Source: an uncultured Acidobacteriota bacterium (GTDB lineage Bacteria > Acidobacteriota > Terriglobia > UBA7540). From it: a stretch of DNA of 64,000 nucleotides. The notes below the pieces were generated by a model. The model did not search any database. It had not been told where the DNA came from and was given only the letters and a program-made list of their open reading frames with translations. The DNA lies in contig CAWDSK010000006.1 of the NCBI GenBank assembly GCA_963804995.1, positions 2,016,001 through 2,080,000 of the forward strand. The letters are read 5' to 3'. Position numbers and translations under genes: made by a program. Shown piece by piece: positions 30,323-39,343 of this stretch; positions within the stretch are counted from its first letter, which is position 1, and every line of letters starts with the position of its first letter.

Positions 30323-31486
30323 ATGGAACCTGGCTTGAAAATAAATTCCGAAGAGATTTTCGCCACGCTGGCCGATCTGATTGCAATCAACAGCGTCAAT
30401 CCCGGCTATCCCGGAGGACCGGGAGAAGGACGGATCGCGGAATACGTGGGAGAATTCTTTCGGAAGAATTCCATCCCCTGCGAATTCCAAACGGTATTCG
30501 AAGGCCGCCCCAACGTGATCGCCAAACTCGCAGGGCAGCCGGGAGGTCCCACCTTAGTCTTTGAAGCCCACATGGACACGGCCTCCGAATTAGGCATGAG
30601 CATCGAACCGTTCCAGCCGGTCCGGAAAAATAATCGCATGTACGGCCGCGGGAGTTGCGATACCAAGGGTGGGTTGGCCGCCATGATGCACGCGCTAAAA
30701 GCCGTGCGCGATGCCGGAACCCTACCCCGGGCCTCAACCGTGCTGGTGGCGGCTGCGGATGAGGAACATTCGTTTCGCGGGATTGTGAAGTTTGTGGAAA
30801 GAGGGGTGAAGGCTGAAGGGGCGGTGGTTGCGGAACCTACCGAGCTTGAGATCGTCGTAGCCTCCAAGGGAGTCCTGCGCTGGCGGATGCACACCCGCGG
30901 TCGCGCCGCCCATACTGCCAAGCCGCATTTGGGCATCAATGCGGTCACCAAAATGGCCAAGATCATCCTGGCCATCGATGAAAAATTGGTGCCCAGCTAT
31001 AAACTGCGGCAGCATCCGCTCCTGGGATCGCCGGCGCTCACGGTGGGAACAATTCGCGGCGGAATCCAGGTGAATCAGGTCCCGGAATCTTGCACGGTTG
31101 AAATCGACCGCCGTCTATTGCCCGGTGAAACCAAGGACTCCGTGTGGAAGGAACTAAACGACCTGCTTTCCGAAATGGGTGCGGAAGACCCCGAGTTGAA
31201 AGTAGAGATGGATCCCCCGATGCTGGAAGATCAGGCTATGGAGACTCCAGCTTCGGCGCGAATTGCCCAGATTGCGCGTGAGGTCTCTCAAAACCTTCGA
31301 GGGGTAAGTCGTTTGGTGGGCGTGCCTTATGGTTCGGATGCCAGCAAACTCGCGAGGGTAGGAGTGCCCAGCATTATTTTGGGCCCGGGAAGCATTGATC
31401 GTGCCCACGCGGCCGAGGAGTATGTGGAGCTTGATCAAGTGGCCTGCGCGGCGGAAATGTACGCACGGATCATTCTGGGCTTTTGA
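30323..31486 (+). CDS. M20 metallohydrolase (ArgE/DapE family)
   Basis: AHMDT, GRGSCDTKGG, ADEE, VAEPT, GRAAH, GPGSIDRAHAAEE. Confidence 0.92.
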   Translation: MEPGLKINSEEIFATLADLIAINSVNPGYPGGPGEGRIAEYVGEFFRKNSIPCEFQTVFEGRPNVIAKLAGQPGGPTLVFEAHMDTASELGMSIEPFQPVRKNNRMYGRGSCDTKGGLAAMMHALKAVRDAGTLPRASTVLVAAADEEHSFRGIVKFVERGVKAEGAVVAEPTELEIVVASKGVLRWRMHTRGRAAHTAKPHLGINAVTKMAKIILAIDEKLVPSYKLRQHPLLGSPALTVGTIRGGIQVNQVPESCTVEIDRRLLPGETKDSVWKELNDLLSEMGAEDPELKVEMDPPMLEDQAMETPASARIAQIAREVSQNLRGVSRLVGVPYGSDASKLARVGVPSIILGPGSIDRAHAAEEYVELDQVACAAEMYARIILGF

Positions 31487-31950
31487 TGCTTGACAACACC
31501 CCCCTTTGGGTTAGAAGCCCTTCGTGGGGGTTCATATCGTGGCGGATCAGCCTTTTTCGATGTAACTGACAAATTGTCAGGACATTGAGAATCTATGGTC
31601 AAGTTGCCCGAATTCACCAAGCATCGAACGCGAAAACCATCGGTCCTATAGTCTCCTGCAGCATAATTGTTTATAATGGGTATTCCAAATGGAGAGCCTG
31701 ATTCGTCCAAAAGTCAAAATGAGAGGCTCCTTCGTTCAAACTATCTAGTGCCGCCGCCGAATTGACATTTTGCCCCACGCCCGCTTGGCGATTTGTGGAG
31801 TGGCAGACGAAATGCACGAATTTGCGATCGCTAGGTGAGATGGCCCTCTAGTTCCAGGCGACAATCTGCAGATTTTTCCCTTCCGTCCCCGGAACTAGTA
31901 ACGCCGATCTCAACGTCAACGTCTATTTCTATTTATAGGGGAAAATCACG

Positions 31951-33177
31951 GTGATTAGGGGTTTATCTTTCTTTGCAAAGGCTTGTTTGTACCTGACCGT
32001 AGTGGTTAGCCTGGCAAAAGCTCAGGTGCCGAACGCCCAGGCGCCGCTGGCGGCTAAAGCCCTCGGAGACGTCACCAGCATCCAACCCGGCAAACTAACC
32101 CTGCACACAGAAAAAAGTGGCGACGTCCAAGTCCTTTTGGGCGACAACGTCTCCGTTCTGCGGGTTCCGCCGGGCGCAAGGGATTTGAAGACCGCAGCCA
32201 AAATCACGGTAGGTGAAATCAGTGTGGGTGACCGGGTATCGGTGATTGGCCACCTCTCGGACAACCAGAAATCCCTGCAGGCGAGCCGCGTCATTGTGAT
32301 GACGAAGTCAGATCTTGCCAGTGCACATCAAGCCGAAGCACTGGATTGGCAGCGGCGCGGAATCGGGGGGGTGGTTAAGGCGGTGGACCCGGCAACCAAA
32401 GAGATTACGGTTGCGGTTCCGAACACGCCCCCTACCCCGGGGAATCCGACTCATCCTGTCATCCTGACTCAAACGCCGAAGACTGTGCTCCTGCGCTACG
32501 CTCCAGACTCGGTAAAGTTCAGCGACGCCATACCCAGCACCTTTGACGCGATCAAGGTGGGTGATCAAGTCCGCGCCCTGGGCACCAAGAGCGACAACGG
32601 CACTCACTACGCGGTCGAGAAGTTAGTTTCAGGAACCTTCCGTAACCTGGGCGTGACCGTGATGTCCGTGGACGCGCAAGCGAACACTCTGACAGTAAAG
32701 GATCTGACTTCCGGGAAGCCCCTGTTGGTACATACGACCCCGGATTCCAAGATGCACCAACTCCCGCCTGAGGTGGCCGAGCGGATTGCCCGTTTCAACT
32801 CGGGGGCACCGGCTCCGGGGGCGGCGGCAGGGGAAACGCCCCGCGCCGGAGGGGCCGAAGGAGGCGGGGCCCAAGGCGGTCCTGGTGCTCCAGGCGGTCC
32901 CGTTGGCCCAGGCGAGGGAAACGGTAACCACCGTGGCGGGGGAATGGGTAATTTCAATCAGATGCTTGAACACATGCCGGCGCTGACTCTCAGCGAACTG
33001 AAATCCGGCGATCCCCTCATCGTGGTCTGTACGGCGGGAGCGAATCCCTCGGAAGTAACGGCCATTGCCATTCTTTCCGGTGTGGAACCCATTCTTACTG
33101 CCCGACCAAAGGGTGGGGGCGACGTGAATCTGGGGTCTTGGAACCTTAGCATGGGCGGTGGCGGAGGCGAGCAGTAG
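31951..33177 (+). CDS. Secreted DUF5666-like repeat protein
   Basis: Signal peptide; repeated VGDRVSVIG / VGDQVRALG / SGDPLIVV modules; Gly-rich linker. Confidence 0.6.
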   Translation: MIRGLSFFAKACLYLTVVVSLAKAQVPNAQAPLAAKALGDVTSIQPGKLTLHTEKSGDVQVLLGDNVSVLRVPPGARDLKTAAKITVGEISVGDRVSVIGHLSDNQKSLQASRVIVMTKSDLASAHQAEALDWQRRGIGGVVKAVDPATKEITVAVPNTPPTPGNPTHPVILTQTPKTVLLRYAPDSVKFSDAIPSTFDAIKVGDQVRALGTKSDNGTHYAVEKLVSGTFRNLGVTVMSVDAQANTLTVKDLTSGKPLLVHTTPDSKMHQLPPEVAERIARFNSGAPAPGAAAGETPRAGGAEGGGAQGGPGAPGGPVGPGEGNGNHRGGGMGNFNQMLEHMPALTLSELKSGDPLIVVCTAGANPSEVTAIAILSGVEPILTARPKGGGDVNLGSWNLSMGGGGGEQ

Positions 33178-33293
33178 AACCATCCCCGAGCCGTGATTCT
33201 CTTCCTAAGGTGATCGGTACTGCCAGACCGACCCCGAGTGCCGCAACACTTGGGACATGGCCTCTGCGAAAGAATTATGGAGGATTAGTCAAG

Positions 33294-36191
33294 GTGAACG
33301 ACTTGTTAAGAAATCCGCAGCGAACGTTCTGCGCAGTGTTGCTGGCATTTTTCCTGGTTCCTATTTGTATTTTCGGCCAAGCCAGCCGCCCCAGCCTGAG
33401 CGGCCAAGTTCTTGACCCCTCGGGCGCGGCAGTTCCTGCCCTTACCGTCTCGGTCACTGGGCCGGGAGGGACAGCCCTGGTTGCTCAAACCGACGATCAG
33501 GGCCGGTACGCTTTCCGCAACCTGCCCCCTGGCACTTACAAGCTCCAAATCCAACTCAAGGGATTTACCGACTTCGTGAAGACCGGCATCGTAATCGCCC
33601 GCGGCCAGCCCCAGGTCGTGGATGTTCATCTGGAAGTGGCTCTTGAGAAGCAACAGGTCACGGTGACCGATGAGACGACCAAGGTCAGTGTGTCACCGAC
33701 CGAGAACGCCAGTTCGTTGGTCATCAAAGGGAAAGACATTGAATCGCTCTCGGATGACCCTGATGAATTGCAGTCGGAGTTGGAAGCTCTGGCGGGGCCT
33801 GCCGCGGGGCCCAATGGAGGCCAGGTCTACATCGACGGATTCACCGGCGGCCAACTTCCGCCCAAATCCTCGATCCGGGAAATCCGCGTCAATCAGAATC
33901 CCTTTTCCGCCCAATATGACTCTCTGGGCTATGGGAGGATCGAGGTTCTTACCAAGCCGGGCACGGACAAGCTGCATGGCCAGGTTTTTTATAGCGGCAA
34001 CGACTCCGCATTCAATACCCGGAATCCCTTCGCGGCGCAGGTGCCGGCTTACCACTCTGAACTCTTCGACGGGAATATTGGCGGCCCTATCAACAAGAGA
34101 ACCTCGTATTATTTTGACGGGCAGCGCCGCAATATCCAGGACGACTCCGTTGTGAGCGCCGTAATTCTCGATTCCAACTTCGACCAGGTTCCCTTTAGCC
34201 AGGCACTCCCAGCTCCTCAAACGCGCACCAACCTCAGTCCCCGGGTTGACACTCAATTCGGCACCAATAATACTTTGACGGTTCGTTATCAGTTGTGGCA
34301 GGACAACGAAACCAATCAAGGTGTGGGCCAGTTCAATCTTCCCTCGCAGGCCTACAGCTACGGCAGCACGGATCACTCCATTCAAGTCAGTGATGCCCAG
34401 GTGTTAAGTGAGAAGGCCGTAACGGAGGTCCGGTTCCGTTTTCACCATTACATCTACAATCAATTGCCGCAGAGTCTGGCGACAACGATTTCAGTCCCAG
34501 GGGCATTCTACGGCGGTGGAAATAGCTCCGGGACAAGCCATTACACTGAAGATTCCTATGAATTTCAGAACTATACCTCCTGGTCTCTAAGCAAACACTT
34601 CCTGAAGTTTGGAGCGCGACTTCGGGATTATGTCCCCGCCTCGAGTTCGACCTCGAACTTCAATGGCACTTTTACCTTCCCCTCGCTCAATGCCTATCAA
34701 ATTACGGAGCAGGGTCTCGAAGCGGGGATGACTCCCGCCCAGATCAGTGCCGCCGGGGGCGGAGCGAGCCAGTTCGTCGTCGTGGCAGGAAACCCTGTTG
34801 CTCAGGTTCACTACCTTGACTTTGAACCCTACGTGGAGGACAACTGGAAGGCGCTCCCCAATCTGACGGTCAGCGCGGGGCTGCGCTTTGAAACCCAAAC
34901 CCACATTCACGATCACGCCGATTTCGCTCCTCGTCTTGGCATCGCCTGGGGCTTTGGAAAAGGGAAATCACCCAAAACGGTTTTGCGCGCGGGCAGCGGA
35001 GTCTTTTACGACCGCTTCGGCGAGAGCTTGATCCTTAACGCCGACCGCCTGAATGGGGTCAACCAGCAGGAGTACATTGTCCCCTCGCCCAACTTCTTCC
35101 CCACCATTCCCCCGGTCAGCACGTTCGCGGGGAATCTGATTGCGTCCACGGTCTACCAGATTGACCCGAACTTACGCGCCCCTTATACGATCCAATCAGG
35201 GGTGGGGCTGGAGCGGCAAGTTTCCAAGATCGCCACGGTCTCCGTGACCTATCTCAACGCCCATGGCGTTCATGAACTTCACTCGCGTAACATCAATGCG
35301 CCGGACCCGGCGAATCCCTCCAGCAGCCCGTACCCTTTGGGCAGCACGGCCCCCTTGTATCAATACGAATCCGACGGGCTCTACAACCAGAACCAGATGA
35401 TCTCCAACTTTAATATTCGAGGCCCGAAGTTCTCGCTTTCTGGTTTTTACACTCTCAGCTACGCCGACAGTAATATCGCAGGATCTGGCAGCTTTCCCAT
35501 GAACCAATACAACCTGGAAGAGGACTATGGACGCTCCTCGTGGGATGTGCGCCATCGCGTCTTCCTGGGAGGCAGTTGGAACCTTCCGCGGGGCTTCCAG
35601 CTCTTTCCCTTTGTGGTGGCGAATTCCCCCCGTCCTTTCAATATCACGGTGGGTAAGGATTTGAATGGCGATTCGATTTATAACGACCGGCCCACCTTTG
35701 CTACCAACCTGTCAGCTCCCGGCGTGATAGTTACGCGCTGGGGTGCCTTCAACACCACCCTCCCAACCGCCGGTGAAACCGTCATCCCCCCTAATTACGG
35801 CATAGGGTACTCCCAGTTCGCCGTCAATTTGCGCCTCAGCAAGACATTCGGATTCGGCAGAGAAATCGCCCACGGGGCGGGTGCTGGAGGTCCTGGCGGG
35901 GGAGGCAATCGTGGCGGCGGAGGATACGGCCGCGGTCTGGGCGGTCAGGGACTCAGCAGCGGAGGGGGAGGTGGCGGATTTTGGGGAGGCGGAGGAGCCT
36001 CGACGAACCGCCGTTACAACCTTACGTTAAGTGTCTCTGCGCGTAATCTCTTAAACAACGTCAACTTGTCGTCGCCGACCGGTAATCTCAGCTCGCCGCT
36101 TTTTGGTCACTCCAATGGACTGGCGGGCGGGTTCTTCGGTAGCAGCGCTGCAAATCGCCGAATCGACTTGCAGGCGCGGTTCACTTTCTAG
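33294..36191 (+). CDS. TonB-dependent receptor-like protein with carboxypeptidase regulatory-like N-terminal domain
   Basis: GQVLDPSGA..TDDQGRY..LPPGTY, NQNPFSAQYD, FAPRLGIAW, C-terminal RRIDLQARFTF; GGAGG RBS before the GTG start. Confidence 0.88.
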   Translation: MNDLLRNPQRTFCAVLLAFFLVPICIFGQASRPSLSGQVLDPSGAAVPALTVSVTGPGGTALVAQTDDQGRYAFRNLPPGTYKLQIQLKGFTDFVKTGIVIARGQPQVVDVHLEVALEKQQVTVTDETTKVSVSPTENASSLVIKGKDIESLSDDPDELQSELEALAGPAAGPNGGQVYIDGFTGGQLPPKSSIREIRVNQNPFSAQYDSLGYGRIEVLTKPGTDKLHGQVFYSGNDSAFNTRNPFAAQVPAYHSELFDGNIGGPINKRTSYYFDGQRRNIQDDSVVSAVILDSNFDQVPFSQALPAPQTRTNLSPRVDTQFGTNNTLTVRYQLWQDNETNQGVGQFNLPSQAYSYGSTDHSIQVSDAQVLSEKAVTEVRFRFHHYIYNQLPQSLATTISVPGAFYGGGNSSGTSHYTEDSYEFQNYTSWSLSKHFLKFGARLRDYVPASSSTSNFNGTFTFPSLNAYQITEQGLEAGMTPAQISAAGGGASQFVVVAGNPVAQVHYLDFEPYVEDNWKALPNLTVSAGLRFETQTHIHDHADFAPRLGIAWGFGKGKSPKTVLRAGSGVFYDRFGESLILNADRLNGVNQQEYIVPSPNFFPTIPPVSTFAGNLIASTVYQIDPNLRAPYTIQSGVGLERQVSKIATVSVTYLNAHGVHELHSRNINAPDPANPSSSPYPLGSTAPLYQYESDGLYNQNQMISNFNIRGPKFSLSGFYTLSYADSNIAGSGSFPMNQYNLEEDYGRSSWDVRHRVFLGGSWNLPRGFQLFPFVVANSPRPFNITVGKDLNGDSIYNDRPTFATNLSAPGVIVTRWGAFNTTLPTAGETVIPPNYGIGYSQFAVNLRLSKTFGFGREIAHGAGAGGPGGGGNRGGGGYGRGLGGQGLSSGGGGGGFWGGGGASTNRRYNLTLSVSARNLLNNVNLSSPTGNLSSPLFGHSNGLAGGFFGSSAANRRIDLQARFTF

Positions 36192-36281
36192 TGATTCGGG
36201 GCTCGGCTTTTAGTTCTTAGCCCTCTCCCTGGGGCACGCTCAGCCCGCGGGGAGAGGGCTTGCTATTTGGATCTTACGCTT

Positions 36282-38111
36282 ATGCTTCACGCGAAAACCC
36301 AAAGGCCCCGCCCAGCCGCGGGTTTGGGATTGTTCATCTTCCTCTGGTGCCAACTCTGTGTGGGCGCTGCAGCACCTCCCGACGTGAGCCCTTCCACCCC
36401 CATCATCCTAATCTCCATTGACACTCTCCGCGCCGACCATCTCAGCGCCTACGGGTATAGCAAGATTCAAACGCCCCACTTGGACTCGTTCGCGAAGGGA
36501 GGCACGCTATTTAAGCAAGTTGAGTCGCAAATCCCGCTCACGCTACCCTCCCACACCTCCCTATTCACATCCACGTATCCCTTCCAGAATCGCATTGAAG
36601 AAAACGGTGAGCGCGTGCCCCCCGGGGCCGTGACGCTCGCCTCCGTACTGCGGTCGCACGGCTACAAAACCGCCGCCTTCATCGGCAGTGATTTCCTGGA
36701 CAGCCGTTTCGGGTTGGACCAGGGCTTCGACTTTTACGAGAGTCCTTTCAATCTGGAAGCTGCCCGCGTCACGAATCCCTTCTCCATGACCGTGCGGCGA
36801 AACGGCGCCCTGGTAGTGCGCGCCGCGCGCCAGTGGCTTAACGCGAACCGCGGCCAGCCGGTTTTCGCCTTTGTTCACCTCTATGATTTACACGAGCCCT
36901 ATGACCTCCCGCAGGATGCGGCCCGGCAGCGGGGCATCTCACAGTACGATGCGGAGCTTGAATACGTTGACCAGGTGCTGGGCGAGTTCAAACAAACCCT
37001 GATCGAGTCGGGATGGTGGGAGAAGTCCTTAGTGATCCTGCTCTCAGACCACGGCGAAGGTCTGGGGGAGCACCAGGAGTCCGACCACGGCTACTTTATC
37101 TACGAAAGCACGCTTTGGGTGCCGTTGATTCTGCATTGGCCGGCGGGCGCCGCGGGCTATCCGGCCGTCGCACCAGTCCCTTGCGGTTTGATCGACGTGG
37201 CGCCGACCATTCTGGATTTTCTGCACCTCCCCACCCCGGGTTCCTTCGTGGGCAGAAGCCAGCTTGGCACGATCAAGGCAGGGGATGCCGGCGGCCCCAG
37301 CGCGGTCTACAGCGAAAGTCTCTATGCTCACGACGCCTTCCGCTGGGCACCGCTCCGCTCTCTGCGCGCTGAAAGATACAAACTCATTGACGCGCCCAAG
37401 GCGGAACTTTACGACCTCGATGCCGACCCCCACGAAAAAACCAACCTCCTGCCCAGGAAATCCGCAATCGCCTCCGAACTTCACACCCAGCTTGACACTC
37501 TGCTCGCTCACTACGCACCCACGAGCCCAGCCCCGACCCAGCAGATTTCGCAGGAAACGCTCGCCGCCCTTGAGTCTCTCGGCTACCTCGCGGTGGCGCC
37601 TCCCGCCGAAGCAGAGGGCCCCGGACCCGACCCCAAGGACCGCCTGGAAGAGTACCACGCATACGCAGCCGCCCTCTTGGCGCTTGAGGAGGGACACGCG
37701 AATCTGGCACTCCCCAAGTTTCGCGAGATTCTGGCAAAGTCCCCGCACAACACGCTGGCGCGGTTTCATCTGGGCGAATGCTACTTCAAGACTGACCAAC
37801 CCGAGAATGCCCTGCGGGAATGGACCACGACGCTCAAGCTCGATCCCGCCTACGCGCCCGCTGCCGAAGCCCTGGGAGAGTACTGGCTGGAGCGGGGGGA
37901 CTACACCAAGGCGCGCCTGCGCTTTGCACAGGTGGTGGCGCTGACCCCAGATAGTTACACCGGCCAATTCAAATTAGCGATCGCTGAGGAGCACCTGGGA
38001 CTTCTCAAGGAAGCTCTGGGGCATCTTGAAGCCGCCTGCAATATTGCCCCCCACTCTGAAAAGTGCGCCGAGGAATTGCAGGCACTCCGGCAGAAGACGA
38101 AGCAAATGTAG
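36282..38111 (+). CDS. Sulfatase-like hydrolase with C-terminal TPR domain
   Basis: ISIDTLRADH, TLPSH, HLYDLH, SDHGE, ELYDL; TPR helices at the C-terminus. Confidence 0.9.
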   Translation: MLHAKTQRPRPAAGLGLFIFLWCQLCVGAAAPPDVSPSTPIILISIDTLRADHLSAYGYSKIQTPHLDSFAKGGTLFKQVESQIPLTLPSHTSLFTSTYPFQNRIEENGERVPPGAVTLASVLRSHGYKTAAFIGSDFLDSRFGLDQGFDFYESPFNLEAARVTNPFSMTVRRNGALVVRAARQWLNANRGQPVFAFVHLYDLHEPYDLPQDAARQRGISQYDAELEYVDQVLGEFKQTLIESGWWEKSLVILLSDHGEGLGEHQESDHGYFIYESTLWVPLILHWPAGAAGYPAVAPVPCGLIDVAPTILDFLHLPTPGSFVGRSQLGTIKAGDAGGPSAVYSESLYAHDAFRWAPLRSLRAERYKLIDAPKAELYDLDADPHEKTNLLPRKSAIASELHTQLDTLLAHYAPTSPAPTQQISQETLAALESLGYLAVAPPAEAEGPGPDPKDRLEEYHAYAAALLALEEGHANLALPKFREILAKSPHNTLARFHLGECYFKTDQPENALREWTTTLKLDPAYAPAAEALGEYWLERGDYTKARLRFAQVVALTPDSYTGQFKLAIAEEHLGLLKEALGHLEAACNIAPHSEKCAEELQALRQKTKQM

Positions 38112-38227
38112 CCCAGTTAGATAGTTGTCAGCGGCTTAAGGGATGGCGTCGGGGGAGGGAGAAGGTCCTTCTCAGTAAGACATTTTGTCATAGCGATATC
38201 CAGTTTTTGGTAGGCCTTGTAAGTGGG

Positions 38228-38311
38228 TTTGTTTTCAGAATGTTCTCAGCTTTGGGGGAACGAAAATCGCCTTTCCCCGCCCTTTGTTTTCAGTATGTTC
38301 TCAGCTTTGGG
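38228..38311. repeat. Two 29-bp direct repeats with a 26-bp spacer
   Basis: TTTGTTTTCAG(A/T)ATGTTCTCAGCTTTGGG at 38228-38256 and 38283-38311. Confidence 0.9.
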
Positions 38312-38863
38312 AAAATGGCGTCTTGGGCGGACATAAAGGCGCTGTGAAATCCGGGGTGTGGCTGCGGCTACATAACTCCCTTCTTGCCCCACTTGCCCAG
38401 CCCAGCCTTGCCCTGTACGCGCCTTGGCGCCGGGGGGGGTCACGCGGTACGATAACAATTATACCTCACTAGTAAACAATGTCAAGCACATAATTCCGGT
38501 GAGTGGTGTCGCAGTTTGAGGTGCCACGGGCGTCCCGCCCGTGCTCGGGCATGGCCGGGACGGCCATGGCACGGCTTTGGTTGCGGCTCCGCCGCGCTGC
38601 GCCTCTGCGTCTCTGCGCGAGATGCTTTGGCTCGTTCAGGGATTTTTTCACAGCTTCAGAGGGCGGGGCTTCACAGGCTGCGGAAAAGTCTTCGGTATGC
38701 GAGGTGGCGGCGACTTTACCTCACCTTGACTTCAAAGGGTGAGCAGCATTGAGGGGGGAAATCGGAATCCCCGCTCAAAAAAACGGCGTACAATGGGGAC
38801 CGCGGAGGGCTCTATTCTGCCTTCCGCCGCAATTATAATTCTCCGCGTACGCGGGGGTGTTTC

Positions 38864-39343
38864 ATGGCGAAAGTCACGGAACTGCTGATCAATGGTGTGG
38901 AGTATTCCGTTGAGGTTGACTCGGACGCGAGTCTCCTGAGCGTCTTGCGCAACGACCTCAACCTGACAGGAAGCAAATATGGTTGTGGTGAGGGCCAGTG
39001 TGGCGCCTGCACGGTATTGATCGGGGGATTACCGCGACGTTCCTGCATTACTCCTGTAAGCGATGCCGCGCGGAAGCCCATCACGACGATCGAGGGCCTG
39101 GAGAAGGATGGCCAACTGCACCCCGTTCAGCAAGCGTTTCTCGATGAAGGTGTCATGCAGTGCGGCTATTGTACTTCCGGCATGATCATGACCGCGGTGG
39201 GCTTGCTGAAGGTCCACCCTGATCCGACGGAAAAGGAGATCGCTCACTTCCTGGAGGGCCACGTCTGCCGATGCGGAACCTATGGGCGCATCATTGCTGC
39301 CGTTCGCCGGTCGGCAAAATCCCTGCAGGAGGTGCGCTCGTGA
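38864..39343 (+). CDS. (2Fe-2S) subunit of a xanthine-dehydrogenase-family enzyme (IorA/CoxS-like)
   Basis: GSKYGCGEGQCGACTV, QCGYCTSG, CRCGTY. Confidence 0.95.
   Translation: MAKVTELLINGVEYSVEVDSDASLLSVLRNDLNLTGSKYGCGEGQCGACTVLIGGLPRRSCITPVSDAARKPITTIEGLEKDGQLHPVQQAFLDEGVMQCGYCTSGMIMTAVGLLKVHPDPTEKEIAHFLEGHVCRCGTYGRIIAAVRRSAKSLQEVRS

Noticed and set aside
38228..38311. CRISPR array
   Set aside because: Only two repeats, no palindrome and no cas genes in the window.
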